Virus record (IMG/VR): IMGVR_UViG_3300027816_000103 | Coordinates: 1,676-65,675 of that record | Source: a virus | Taxonomy: Duplodnaviria; Caudoviricetes | Reading direction: 5' to 3' (one strand) | Length of the DNA: 64,000 bases | In this document: positions 1-10,317 of the stretch, piece after piece | How the letters are laid out: each line of letters begins with the position of its first letter | Position numbering within the stretch: the first letter of the stretch is position 1 | The notes under the pieces: model-generated | What the model was told of the DNA's origin: nothing | Seen by the model: only the letters and a program-made list of their open reading frames with translations | The model's database searches: none | Translations under genes and position numbers: made by a program

Positions 1-457
1 CAGACTTAAATCCAACTTGTATTACATCTCCCGCCACTAAAGACAAAATACCAGAATTTGTACAAACAGTAACTATTGGAGTTAGTATTTCTGATTCACC
101 AATCCAAACCTCTCTTGACTTTCTATCTGAATTAGTAACCATTACAGTATTCTTAAAAAGAGCGTACTCAATTAATGTTTCAGTTTCATCATAAGCAACG
201 CAACCTTCAAATAATATTAAATAATTTCCACTCTCTGTTATATTAAAAGTATCTGTATATTCATACACAGATGGAATTTCTGGAATATAAGAATAAGTGT
301 CTGGATTTGAAAATATATAAACATTTGTAAGTCCATCTTGGCCTGGAATTCCTTGAGGACCAACAACACCTCTGTCTCCTTTAGGGCCTCTTTTTCCTCT
401 AACAGAAATTAGTTTTTCACAACAACATGGATTTTTATGGCAACTATTACAATTCAT
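1..457 (-). CDS. Cys-rich collagen-like structural protein, partial (runs off window); paralog of 457..969
   Basis: ATG overlaps the upstream stop (TAATG). Hand translation MNCNSCHKNPCCCEKLISVRGKRGPKGDRGVVGPQGIPGQDG...GILSLVAGDVIQ; not in the ORF track. Confidence 0.75.
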   Translation of the reverse strand, partial: MNCNSCHKNPCCCEKLISVRGKRGPKGDRGVVGPQGIPGQDGLTNVYIFSNPDTYSYIPEIPSVYEYTDTFNITESGNYLILFEGCVAYDETETLIEYALFKNTVMVTNSDRKSREVWIGESEILTPIVTVCTNSGILSLVAGDVIQVGFKS

Positions 458-969
458 TATAATACTGTTAATTGTGTTGTTTTTAACATTGTTAAACTTT
501 TTGTCATTGTAAAATATCTTTGATTCCCTCTATATCTTATGCTAATAACATCTCCCGCTACTAATGATGGAATACCAACGTGCATTTTATTTTTTTTGAT
601 TTTGTTTTGACCCAAAGAGTCTAAGGCATCTCCCCTTAATGCTCTTAAAGCATTAGGTATTAAAACCCCATTTTTTAATGCTTGATACGATATTGATGTT
701 TGATCTATAAATATTTTTGTATCTGATTCATACATCATCAAATAGTCTCCTGGATCAGTAACAGTATAACTAATTACAATATAATCAATATTTGGAAATC
801 TTTGAGTTTCTGAAATATCTGTGTCTATGTAAGCACTTCTAACTCCATCTGGAGTATCTTGTCCTGGAACACCTTGTTCTCCTCTATCTCCCCGATCACC
901 TTTTGGTCCATCGCAGAACTTTTCATTGTCGCAAGTACAAATATGGCTATAGCAAGTAGTGCAACTCAT
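457..969 (-). CDS. Cys-rich, short collagen-repeat virion protein
   Basis: MSCTTCYSHICTC, then GPKGDRGDRGEQGVPGQD (Gly-X-Y); C-terminal SLVAGDVI shared with the neighbour. Confidence 0.7.
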   Translation of the reverse strand: MSCTTCYSHICTCDNEKFCDGPKGDRGDRGEQGVPGQDTPDGVRSAYIDTDISETQRFPNIDYIVISYTVTDPGDYLMMYESDTKIFIDQTSISYQALKNGVLIPNALRALRGDALDSLGQNKIKKNKMHVGIPSLVAGDVISIRYRGNQRYFTMTKSLTMLKTTQLTVL

Positions 970-972
970 GAT

Positions 973-1530
973 TTATACGCAACCACAGCAGGCGCATTGA
1001 AGGTTTATATGTTTAAGGATTTTCTGTGCATTGGTTGGGAAACAATCTTTCATCATCTTAACAGATTGTAATTCATTCCATAATTCTAAAGCAAGTTTCT
1101 GTTTTGCATTACTAAAAGCATTTGGAGAAACTTCTTTAAGTAACTTATCTATACAACACTCAGCAGAGTTAGTAAAGACAATTACTATTGATGTTTTTTT
1201 CGTGTAATTATTTCCCGCGTTATCTTTTCCTGTTACCACATAAACTATCTTCCATGTACCACTTTCAATATGTTGCATACTAAGCATTGAAGGAGTTATC
1301 TCATACCCTAACTGAGAATCAGTAGTAGGAAAATCAGGATATACGTCAATTTGAATAGGAGCAAGTGCCTCTGGAGGATAAATTTCAAATATAGCACTCG
1401 TTACATTCTCAATTTTTGGATTGCTACCTCCCCAACCACCTTGATTTGAAGAAGAATAAGTTCCGGTACAATCGTAAATAGCAAATGAATTTTTAAGTTC
1501 CTTTGCAGATATGTTTATTTGAAGTGCCAT
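973..1530 (-). CDS. Putative virion protein (beta-rich, Cys-rich C-terminus)
   Basis: 185-aa ORF in the late arm ending CACCGCV, with its own promoter motif. Confidence 0.6.
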   Translation of the reverse strand: MALQINISAKELKNSFAIYDCTGTYSSSNQGGWGGSNPKIENVTSAIFEIYPPEALAPIQIDVYPDFPTTDSQLGYEITPSMLSMQHIESGTWKIVYVVTGKDNAGNNYTKKTSIVIVFTNSAECCIDKLLKEVSPNAFSNAKQKLALELWNELQSVKMMKDCFPTNAQKILKHINLQCACCGCV

Positions 1531-1537
1531 TTGGTAG

Positions 1538-1545
1538 CAAAAATA
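1538..1545 (-). promoter_or_regulatory. Bacteroidota-type -7 promoter box TATTTTTG
   Basis: Matches TAnnTTTG, 7 nt before the ATG at 1530. Confidence 0.55.
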
Positions 1546-1573
1546 ACAAATTTTTTGATAAAAAACCTAAAAA

Positions 1574-4456
1574 TTAATACTCAAGACTACCAACTTTTTC
1601 AACCTGTTTCTTTTTTTCTATCTTTTGCTTTTTTAAGTCTTTATATTTTTCCTTTAAATTTTTCTTTGCCTCATTTAAACCTTTTGAATATTGCTCAGAC
1701 AAATATTTCTTTTTAGTATCAAAAGTATCATCATCAAAGTTTTTTGACATTACATAAGGAGTAGCATAAAGCATCCTAAACATACTTGCTTGAGATTGAA
1801 GATATCCATATTGCTCTTCATTTAATTTAACGTATATAGGCTTTTTTGAAGTACCAATATTTATTTCATCTTTTGGTATTGATGGAAAAATGGATGACCT
1901 ATCTTTGTCTGGTATTGTTCTTGAGTATTCCCATAACCTTGTAACAGGAGTTTCCCCGCTTTCTTTTATTTTATCTATATCTTTCTGTGTCAATGGTTTA
2001 AAACCTGATTTTAACAAAGGCTTCTTTAATCTTTCAAGTACAGTTTTCTCGTAGTCAGATATTGTTTCTGTTTCTGTAGGCTTAAAAGGATCATTTGCAT
2101 ATATGAATCTTCCTAATATATTATCAAAGAAATGATATTCTTTTTTCTTTACAGCTTCTCTTTCACTTGTGGTTAGTTTTCTATATCTATTTTTTAAATC
2201 TTCCCCGCCAAAAGCTACTCTATATTGAAAAACATCAAATAAATTCTGTGAGAATGTTTTTTCCTTATCAAATGTTTGCTTTATTTCTGGTATTCCTGCC
2301 TTAGATATATTCTGATATGTTGATGGTATAAATCCACCAACCAATGTCATTATTTGATTTGACAAATATTTTTCTGCTCTTTTACCTTCTTTATCTTTAG
2401 CCACATCTACTATTTGGTTATATCCAGATAAGAATGGAGCATCCATTGTAGCTGAAAGTTCATTTAGGGCCAAGTTAAATGGCATTGTAGCAAAATTTGC
2501 ACCATTCATGTATTTAGTCATGTTATCCCTCATCTCCTTATCATATCCATTATAAGTATGGGCATAAGCTCCTAAAGTAATTCCTAATGCACCCAAAGAA
2601 CTTAAATCAACCCACTTATCACCTTTCTGCTTTTTAACTTCCCCGCCAATCAATCCTCTTAGCATAGCATTTATGTTTATCTTGTTTGCTCCCCCTGCAA
2701 CCTTTTCTCTTGCATCTTTTTCCTCATCATCTTGATAACCGGCAGACATTAAACCTTGAGCAACCATTTGTAAGGCAACAACTCTTATCCATGTAGAAGC
2801 AACTGTATCTCCCATTGTTTCGGCAAATATTGCTTTTCTTTCATTATTTAATGCTTCTTTTGTTTGATTGTCTGTTGCATTATTATATTCATTTGTTTTA
2901 TTCCAATACTTAAACATTCCCCTTGCCAAGTTATATTCTGGCAATAACATTTTTGCTGCTACTCCAAACATATTTGCAGGCACTTTAACAAATGGAAATA
3001 CCAATGATTTTGCAACATAAGCCAAACCATCAACTTCTCTTGCTATGATAGGATTAGTCCCTTTTTCAATTAATGACTTTTCTATTAATCTGCTTTGAAA
3101 TGGTTTTGACAATATCTTATCAAGCCAATTCTCTGTTTGGAATGTAACTTCTTGGCCTCTTTTCTTTGCCCTTTCCATTGATAATTCATCAGGATTAAGT
3201 ACAAATGCCTCTAACGCTACTCCACTTAATCCTTTTTCTTTACCTATTCTATATAATTCAGACTGCTCAACTGAATGCCTAACAAAAAAATCAGGAGCAG
3301 TTAATCCTCTTGATATAATATCTGGGTGAATTTTTAGTAGAAAAGATATAGTTTTTAATGCTTTATCTTTTGTTCCCTGCGCATCAATAATCTTTCTAAA
3401 TGCTTCTACTGCACTAACATAATTTGGTTGAGCCAATCCTGTTCTTGTTATAAATGGACTACCTAATTTTAATGTTTTTAATGTTTTTGATAAAGCTCCA
3501 GACTTTAAAGAACCAATAACTCTTGCTCCTACTAAATTTTTCCTCATTAATCCTGATGCAATAGGAGAAGAAGCTATAGAAGATAAAGCTCTGAATATAG
3601 AATCAGATGCCATACCTGTTATATTCTTTAATAAAGAACCTACACCCATCATATTCAAAGTAACAAAATCACCAAACTGATGCAAATACCCTCTTTCCTT
3701 TGCTAATGCGTTTGAGAATGCTACAGTATTTGTAACGTTTGAATTGTAAGCATTCTGATAATTTTGAAACGCTGTATTAAATTGATTTTGAAATTGTTGA
3801 GACTGAGCCTGTGTAAGTCCTGCTGAGTTTAATCCTTGAACATTATTTGCTTTATTCTCTGCTACAGTTTGGTTAATTTGATTAACTATATCATTTATTT
3901 CAGAAACAGATCCATCAAGGTCCTTTTGTGATTGAGCAGTATCAGATATAAGTTTATTAAATTTATCTGTCATGGCAGGTAATCCTGCTGCTTCTGCATA
4001 AGCGTTTTTTATGTCCTCGTTTGTAAGTAGTCCTTTCTTAGATATTTTTTCAAATAGCAAGTCCTCAAATCTTTTCTTCCCCTCAGCATTTAATTTCTTA
4101 ACCCTTTCAGCCATGCTCTTAACAAGTTTTTCTTCTGATGTTTTTTTCCTTTCCTCAGCTCTTTTTTCTTTTCTTGCTTGTTTTTCTTCCTCCGTTAATG
4201 TTGTTCTTTTTTTAGCTTCTTTTTTCTCAAAAGTAAAAGAGCTTGAAACAACACCTTTTTCCTTTAATGTTTTAACGAGTGGGTCCGTAAAAGAATTTGT
4301 ATCAAAATTAAAATTTGGATATTTTTCCTGCACTTTATTTATTGCATACTGCAAAGATTTTCTAACATCTCCTGTTGCATTATAGGCATTTCTAAATGCT
4401 TCCAAGCCATCATTATAAGCCTGGTTATTTTCTTCAATATTACAAGGATTTCCCAT
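1574..4456 (-). CDS. Large internal virion/ejection protein
   Basis: 960 aa with helical and hydrophobic segments, directly after the 1952-aa protein, at the usual ejectosome position. Confidence 0.6.
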   Translation of the reverse strand: MGNPCNIEENNQAYNDGLEAFRNAYNATGDVRKSLQYAINKVQEKYPNFNFDTNSFTDPLVKTLKEKGVVSSSFTFEKKEAKKRTTLTEEEKQARKEKRAEERKKTSEEKLVKSMAERVKKLNAEGKKRFEDLLFEKISKKGLLTNEDIKNAYAEAAGLPAMTDKFNKLISDTAQSQKDLDGSVSEINDIVNQINQTVAENKANNVQGLNSAGLTQAQSQQFQNQFNTAFQNYQNAYNSNVTNTVAFSNALAKERGYLHQFGDFVTLNMMGVGSLLKNITGMASDSIFRALSSIASSPIASGLMRKNLVGARVIGSLKSGALSKTLKTLKLGSPFITRTGLAQPNYVSAVEAFRKIIDAQGTKDKALKTISFLLKIHPDIISRGLTAPDFFVRHSVEQSELYRIGKEKGLSGVALEAFVLNPDELSMERAKKRGQEVTFQTENWLDKILSKPFQSRLIEKSLIEKGTNPIIAREVDGLAYVAKSLVFPFVKVPANMFGVAAKMLLPEYNLARGMFKYWNKTNEYNNATDNQTKEALNNERKAIFAETMGDTVASTWIRVVALQMVAQGLMSAGYQDDEEKDAREKVAGGANKININAMLRGLIGGEVKKQKGDKWVDLSSLGALGITLGAYAHTYNGYDKEMRDNMTKYMNGANFATMPFNLALNELSATMDAPFLSGYNQIVDVAKDKEGKRAEKYLSNQIMTLVGGFIPSTYQNISKAGIPEIKQTFDKEKTFSQNLFDVFQYRVAFGGEDLKNRYRKLTTSEREAVKKKEYHFFDNILGRFIYANDPFKPTETETISDYEKTVLERLKKPLLKSGFKPLTQKDIDKIKESGETPVTRLWEYSRTIPDKDRSSIFPSIPKDEINIGTSKKPIYVKLNEEQYGYLQSQASMFRMLYATPYVMSKNFDDDTFDTKKKYLSEQYSKGLNEAKKNLKEKYKDLKKQKIEKKKQVEKVGSLEY

Positions 4457-4457
4457 T

Positions 4458-7400
4458 TTAACAATCTGATAAGTTTACTTTTAACGAATCTATAATATCA
4501 TTGAATTTTTTTGTTTTTTCAGCACCTTCTCTTGCTTCTCCAATTTTCTTTAATTCTTCAGCGGTAGCCTGTTCTACTTCTTTTGCAAATTCATTTGACT
4601 TTCTATATTCATCTATTATTGTTTGAGCCGACTTTATATCATTCTTTTGAGCTTCTGACATAGCATTATCTTGCATTTCAGAAAATTGCTTTTTAGCATA
4701 TCTTCTCATGTATATCTCATTTGAGAACATACGAGTATCTCTATTCCTTATTAATGCTAATTGTTGTGCTGCTGTTGTTGTGTTCTTAGCTGTTTTTTCA
4801 AACACTTGTTCAGCCTTGTCAAATAGCGTTTCTCTAACAAACTCATTCTGTTCTTTAGTTGCTATATCCTCAAGTTTCTTTGTAAGAAAGTCTCCGAACA
4901 ATAATTTTTGATTATCTGGTATGACATCGCTCTTGTCGGCCATATATTCATTAACCAAGTCATCTAACTTGCCATTAGCCTCATATTCATCTATAACAGC
5001 ATTAACAAATTCTTCTGATTTCTTTACGCTTGTTGGCTCATAGAATATAGCTTCATTAGATAGTCTTTTAACAACATCTTCATGGAATTTCTTGTTCTCC
5101 AATATCCTTGTTGCTGTTGCTCTTTCTTTTTTACCCTCTGGAGTAGGTCCTTTTTCTGCTTCTGTAGTTACAGGTGGTTTTGCAGGAGGAGCTTCTTTCT
5201 TTGCTTCCTCTTCTTTCTTTTTAGCCTCTTCCTGCGCCCTAGTCTCTTCTTCCTTAATTAAGTCGGCGTAATTATCTCTAACTTGCTTTTCAAAGTTCTC
5301 TTCGTTTATTTGTCCTGCCTCAACAAATCTCTTATATCTTGGGTGATTTTTAATGGCATTTATACCATCATTTACAGCCTGTGCTATTGTTGCTCCGGCA
5401 GTAATACTCTTTTTAATTACAGCAGATGATAAGTCTATTAAATCACTTATCATTTTTGGGGTAATCATTGGAGCAGAGAATAACCTATTATTAGCGTTTT
5501 TATCTACTATAGTATTTTTTAATTTTTCTGTAGCAGCATCAATTTTTTTATTTAAGTCTTCTGCTTTTTGCTTTATTGTTTTTTCTTCGGCTGTTGGCTC
5601 TGCTTTTTCTCCGACTGTTGTTTCAGTTTCAGCAATACCTCTTCCGCCTTCTTCAATACCTCCTTCGGCAACGCGTTGTAAATTCTGTTTAGCTTTTTCA
5701 TAGTTTGATACTAAATTTTGTAATCCTCTTTCTAATAGTGCTTGTTTTCCCGTATCTTCTCCCATCAAATTTTCAACACCAACATCTTGATTGTAATTTG
5801 ATAAGAATTGTTTTAATTTATTTGGAGAGTTTGTTTCAAGTAATAAACCCATTAACATTTCCCCCAAAGAGTATGATTTTTCCTCAAATGCTGATGTTTG
5901 TGAAAGAAAGTCTGCAACAGATACTTTTGCAGCTTTTGCTTTTTGTACAATATCAATAGCTCCTTTTATTTCAGATGTTAAAGCATTTTCTCCTTTTGTA
6001 GCATTTTGAATTAATCCTACAGTATTCTTTATAATCATCTTTCTGATATTCCCCATTCCATCAACTCCCAATGCCCTTATTCCATCTTCATCTAATGCTG
6101 AACCAAGTATTATTCCCTCCAACAAGCTAACTCCATCAGGAGTAGCAACACCTTTATCATAAAACCTCGGTAATTCAACAGATTGAATTAATCCTTCTGA
6201 AACAAGTATATCTACAGCTTGTTTCATCATTTTTGGATTAGATGTAACTTCGCTTGGAGTTTCTACTTGGTCATATAATGATGCTAATTTTCTTTTTGCC
6301 TTGTCTGATATTGATTTACTAATTGCTACAGCTCTTTGAATTGGTCCTTGAGACTTTTTCTCCTGCTTATTGAATTTAGCCATTGTTTCTGTTGTAAATG
6401 GTAAATCTTCTTCAACCTCAAAAACCAATGTTGGATTTTTTACAGAAGCAACTTGTTCTTTTGTAAATCCATACATTTCAGCCTGTTCATTCAAGTCATC
6501 TAAATATTGAGAATCAGTTTGATTTTCAGCAGCTAATTGCCTACTCATTGTTCTGTTATTACCATCATACACAATACCTTCTTTTGAAACTATTGGAGTT
6601 TGAGTAACAGCAGTACCATCAATATTTTGAGCAATATTTATTACTTGTCCTTGAGCATCTTTGTCTGTTTCATAGTCTCTATCATTTATTGTCTTTCCCT
6701 CCTTATTTTGAGGAAAAGACTCGTTCTTTGAAAATGTTTTAGGATTATGACTTGGCAATAAATCTTCGGCGGAAACAAGTTTAAATGTACCTTTTATTCT
6801 TGTTCCATCAGGAGCAGTTCTTGTTACTGTTCTTCCTTTTGGATTTTCTTTTGCAACATAAGTTGTACTACCAACAGTTCTTCCCGCTTGATCCTTTGGA
6901 AGTTTTGCTCGGGGTGTTTCTTTGAGGGATTGTTCTACTGCTTTTACAAGTTCTTTAGGAGCTAATAGTTCTTCTACTGCTTTTACAAGTTCAGGATTGC
7001 TTCCATCTGCTTTAGCTTTATGGTAGGCTTCGGAGATAGCTTTAGTGTTATTTGAAATTATATCTTCACTAAGGCTTATTTGCTCTTTTATTGACCTATA
7101 TTCAGGATTATTTTCAAAATCTCTTACACCACTTTGCAACAACTCTTTTTGCTTAGCTAACAAGTTATTATATAATTGCTTGTTTAGTGCGTTTATTTCT
7201 TTTGGAGGGATAATAGTTGTAATATCTTTACCCTCCAACGCACGCGCCGTGCTTTCAACGTCTTTTAATGCATCTACTTTTTCTTCTACTTTGACTTCTT
7301 CTTTGGCGATTGGCTTTTCTTCAACTTTTTGGGCAGAGATTTCAAGTTCTGTTTGGGGTTTTCTTTCCTCCATTTCTCCGCCAATTTTGGTTTCTGGCTG

Positions 7401-10316
7401 TAAAGGTACTTGACCTGTTGCTTGCTTTTGAACGGCATCTTCTTGTTTTTTAGTTTCTTGTTCTACTTCAGTTTCTTCTTCTGGTTTTATTTCTTCTTCA
7501 ACTTGTCTTTCATAAACAATATTTGCTGTTGGATTTGCTTGTTTATATGCTTCAAACTCTTCTTTTGGTATTTCTGTAACACTTGGAAATCTTTGTCCTT
7601 CCGGCAATACCTCTACAGTAACCAATGTTTTTGTTGTTTTTTCAGCCTTTGGCTTTTTATAATCATCAACAAATTTGTTTAGTTCATCAAGTTTCTTTTG
7701 TTCGGCTTCTGTAATTACTCCATTATCCTTCTTAAACTTTAAATCTTCTAATTCATCATTCTGTTCTAATGTAAGACCATTATCATCTCTGCTTATATCT
7801 TTTTTAATTTCAGCATCCTTTTCTTTTATTTGAGCATCTATATTTTCGTGGAATACAGGATCTATTTCTTTCTTTTTATTTTCAAGTATTTTTTTGTCTA
7901 CTAAAAGACTTAATGCTGTTGCTTTTTTATCATCTGAATATTCTTTTGGAATTGACTTTAATCCTTCTTCTGCAATCTTTATTCTTTCCCGCGCAGTATT
8001 TGCTTGTTCCTCTGTTATTACTTTCGAATCAAGTAAATCTTGTATATTTTGCAATACTTCGTTTGGCTTATTAGCAGCTAAAAACAAAGACTGATTTTCC
8101 ATTTGATTTTTAACGCCCTTTGCTCCAACAATACCAAATGGAGCTGTAAGTATGCTTGTAACAAGAACTGTGCTTTTAACTTGATTCATAAGGTCATCAT
8201 CAACCTTAAAATCTGTTCCTGTAGCTTTTTCAGCAATTACCTTTGCAGCATAATCTGTACCCAAGGCAGCTAATTCTTCCACATTCTCTCCAACAACATT
8301 TCCTAGTGTTTTTTTTGTTACTCTAGAAATAGCATCTTTTAATGGAACTCCTTTTGATAAATATTGAGCAGTTAATTTTGCAGCAGATTTTCTTACTGTT
8401 GGAGTTATTAATTTTTGTTCTGGAAATATTAATTCAATCGCTCCATCTGCTATGGATTTGTATTTTGAATATGCAATAGCATCTGCTTCAGACATACCAT
8501 TAGCCTTCGCCTCATCATAATTACCTTTTGCAGACATTGTATATCCCATAGCAAAAGTTCCAATTTTATTTAAGGCATTTACACCTCTAGCACCAAGTCC
8601 TATTTTTGACAATAAATTTGCTGACTCAAGCGCTGTTCCTGCACCACCACTAACTATAAACAAAGCTAAATTTCCTGCGCCATTACTTACTTGGTATGGT
8701 ATTGCAGACCAATTTGTTTTTTCTATTTTGTTTCCTTTTTCATCTAACTTTGGAGTGCCATCAAGGTTTCTTTCATAGTCAAAAATATCTTTTTTTGCAT
8801 TTGGAGATATTGGAGCTTCAATTCTTTCGTAGTTACTTATCATTTTATCCGAGAATTCGGCAAATTTATCTGTCCAACCATAACCTGCTTTCTCTCCAAA
8901 TACTTTTGGTAAAAATGTAAGACCTTTAATTAATTCAGTCCCTGCCCTTTTAACTCCACTAAAAGAATCTACGCTCCATTTGACCCATTCTGGCATTTCA
9001 TCCCAAAATTTATTTTCTGTTTCTTTTAAAAACGCTTCTTCTATTAATTGTTTTTTTAATTCTGGATATTTGTCAGATTCTTTTATTGTTTTTTCTAAAT
9101 TAATAGCATAATCATAATTTTTTTTATCTTCCTGAGCCAATTCATCTGCTTTCTTTATAAGTGTTCCAAAATCAGAATTTAACAATTCATCTCTTTGACC
9201 TGTAATAGTTTGATATTTTTGATATTCTGTTTTATAATCAGAAATTAATTTTTCTACCTTTCTTTTATTTGTTTCATTTATAATTATGTTTCCATTTTGA
9301 TCTTTTGGATAAGAAGATAATTCAGAATTAATCTGTTCTATTTTTGGAACTAAAACATCTAACTGACTATTTATATCTTTAAACCTTTGTATATCATCAG
9401 CGTAACCTAATGATTCATCTGATAACGCTCTGCTTATTTCTCTTGATTTACCTGCAATAGCTTTTCTTTTTAAGTCTAGTCCTTTATTTATAAACTCAAC
9501 TTCTATTTTTTGTCTTTCTAAAGGATTGTCTTTATTATAATTCAATCTTTCTGATTGGTACTTATATTCATCTGGATCATTAGACTTTAAATAATCTAAA
9601 TAAAAATTAGTAGCCTCTTGTATTTCCCCAAAACCTTGATCCTTTGACTTTAATTTAAAATTATCAAAAGCCTTTGAAACAGTTGACAGCTCAACATCTT
9701 TTTTCTTTTCTTCAATTTGTTTTTTTGTTTCTTCAGAAACTAAATAACCTGTTTTTTCAGTTACTCCTTTTACTCCTTTTTCAGTAGTTTTAATCTCAAC
9801 ACCCATGGCTCCTGTCATGGGTTTTTGTTGTGAAACTTGTTTTTGCGTTGAAATTACTTGGTCTTTCTTTTTTAAATCAGTAGCACCTGTTACTCCAACC
9901 GCTCCTGTTGCCCCCATAGGACCTGTAACATTTTTTAAATCTGTTAATCCGGTAGGACCTTGAACACCTGTAACTCCTTTTCCAACTTGAGACGTTTGTT
10001 TTACTGATGGCTCTTTTTTTGGAGCCATTGGTATTTGAGAAGTTGTTTTTTTAGGAGTTAATTTTTCTTCTGCGGTCTGGAATGTTAAGTAATCCGATGT
10101 AGTAGCTCCCAATCCTGATGTACCACCTTCCGAAATTGATACCCCGCTTCCTCTTGGTACTTGAGGTGCGGGGCCTACTTTTTTTGGCTGATTAGATTGA
10201 GCCGGAACAGAAGCATTTAAAGCATCTAACTCTTCTTGGTCAGAAGAATATGTTTGATTATTTAAAGCATCTAATTCTGCCTGATCTTGTGCAGATAATT
10301 TTTCTTTTTTTCCCAT
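4458..10316 (-). CDS. Giant polyvalent ejection protein with DdrB-like ParB domain
   Basis: 1952 aa. Segment LLPSHNP...NDRDYETD...TPIVSKEGIVYDGNNRTM resembles the ddrB-ParB domain of phage polyvalent proteins; GVTGVQGPTG low-complexity repeats; coiled coils. Confidence 0.65.
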   Translation of the reverse strand: MGKKEKLSAQDQAELDALNNQTYSSDQEELDALNASVPAQSNQPKKVGPAPQVPRGSGVSISEGGTSGLGATTSDYLTFQTAEEKLTPKKTTSQIPMAPKKEPSVKQTSQVGKGVTGVQGPTGLTDLKNVTGPMGATGAVGVTGATDLKKKDQVISTQKQVSQQKPMTGAMGVEIKTTEKGVKGVTEKTGYLVSEETKKQIEEKKKDVELSTVSKAFDNFKLKSKDQGFGEIQEATNFYLDYLKSNDPDEYKYQSERLNYNKDNPLERQKIEVEFINKGLDLKRKAIAGKSREISRALSDESLGYADDIQRFKDINSQLDVLVPKIEQINSELSSYPKDQNGNIIINETNKRKVEKLISDYKTEYQKYQTITGQRDELLNSDFGTLIKKADELAQEDKKNYDYAINLEKTIKESDKYPELKKQLIEEAFLKETENKFWDEMPEWVKWSVDSFSGVKRAGTELIKGLTFLPKVFGEKAGYGWTDKFAEFSDKMISNYERIEAPISPNAKKDIFDYERNLDGTPKLDEKGNKIEKTNWSAIPYQVSNGAGNLALFIVSGGAGTALESANLLSKIGLGARGVNALNKIGTFAMGYTMSAKGNYDEAKANGMSEADAIAYSKYKSIADGAIELIFPEQKLITPTVRKSAAKLTAQYLSKGVPLKDAISRVTKKTLGNVVGENVEELAALGTDYAAKVIAEKATGTDFKVDDDLMNQVKSTVLVTSILTAPFGIVGAKGVKNQMENQSLFLAANKPNEVLQNIQDLLDSKVITEEQANTARERIKIAEEGLKSIPKEYSDDKKATALSLLVDKKILENKKKEIDPVFHENIDAQIKEKDAEIKKDISRDDNGLTLEQNDELEDLKFKKDNGVITEAEQKKLDELNKFVDDYKKPKAEKTTKTLVTVEVLPEGQRFPSVTEIPKEEFEAYKQANPTANIVYERQVEEEIKPEEETEVEQETKKQEDAVQKQATGQVPLQPETKIGGEMEERKPQTELEISAQKVEEKPIAKEEVKVEEKVDALKDVESTARALEGKDITTIIPPKEINALNKQLYNNLLAKQKELLQSGVRDFENNPEYRSIKEQISLSEDIISNNTKAISEAYHKAKADGSNPELVKAVEELLAPKELVKAVEQSLKETPRAKLPKDQAGRTVGSTTYVAKENPKGRTVTRTAPDGTRIKGTFKLVSAEDLLPSHNPKTFSKNESFPQNKEGKTINDRDYETDKDAQGQVINIAQNIDGTAVTQTPIVSKEGIVYDGNNRTMSRQLAAENQTDSQYLDDLNEQAEMYGFTKEQVASVKNPTLVFEVEEDLPFTTETMAKFNKQEKKSQGPIQRAVAISKSISDKAKRKLASLYDQVETPSEVTSNPKMMKQAVDILVSEGLIQSVELPRFYDKGVATPDGVSLLEGIILGSALDEDGIRALGVDGMGNIRKMIIKNTVGLIQNATKGENALTSEIKGAIDIVQKAKAAKVSVADFLSQTSAFEEKSYSLGEMLMGLLLETNSPNKLKQFLSNYNQDVGVENLMGEDTGKQALLERGLQNLVSNYEKAKQNLQRVAEGGIEEGGRGIAETETTVGEKAEPTAEEKTIKQKAEDLNKKIDAATEKLKNTIVDKNANNRLFSAPMITPKMISDLIDLSSAVIKKSITAGATIAQAVNDGINAIKNHPRYKRFVEAGQINEENFEKQVRDNYADLIKEEETRAQEEAKKKEEEAKKEAPPAKPPVTTEAEKGPTPEGKKERATATRILENKKFHEDVVKRLSNEAIFYEPTSVKKSEEFVNAVIDEYEANGKLDDLVNEYMADKSDVIPDNQKLLFGDFLTKKLEDIATKEQNEFVRETLFDKAEQVFEKTAKNTTTAAQQLALIRNRDTRMFSNEIYMRRYAKKQFSEMQDNAMSEAQKNDIKSAQTIIDEYRKSNEFAKEVEQATAEELKKIGEAREGAEKTKKFNDIIDSLKVNLSDC
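6933..6992. repeat. 21-bp direct repeat inside the giant gene (ELVKAVE twice)
   Basis: TTCTACTGCTTTTACAAGTTC at 6933-6953 and 6972-6992. Confidence 0.9.
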
Positions 10317-10317
10317 A

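Noticed and set aside
4458-10316. Virion RNA polymerase subunit as in Crassvirales
   Set aside because: No DxDxD catalytic motif in a polymerase-like context was recognised in the large cargo proteins.
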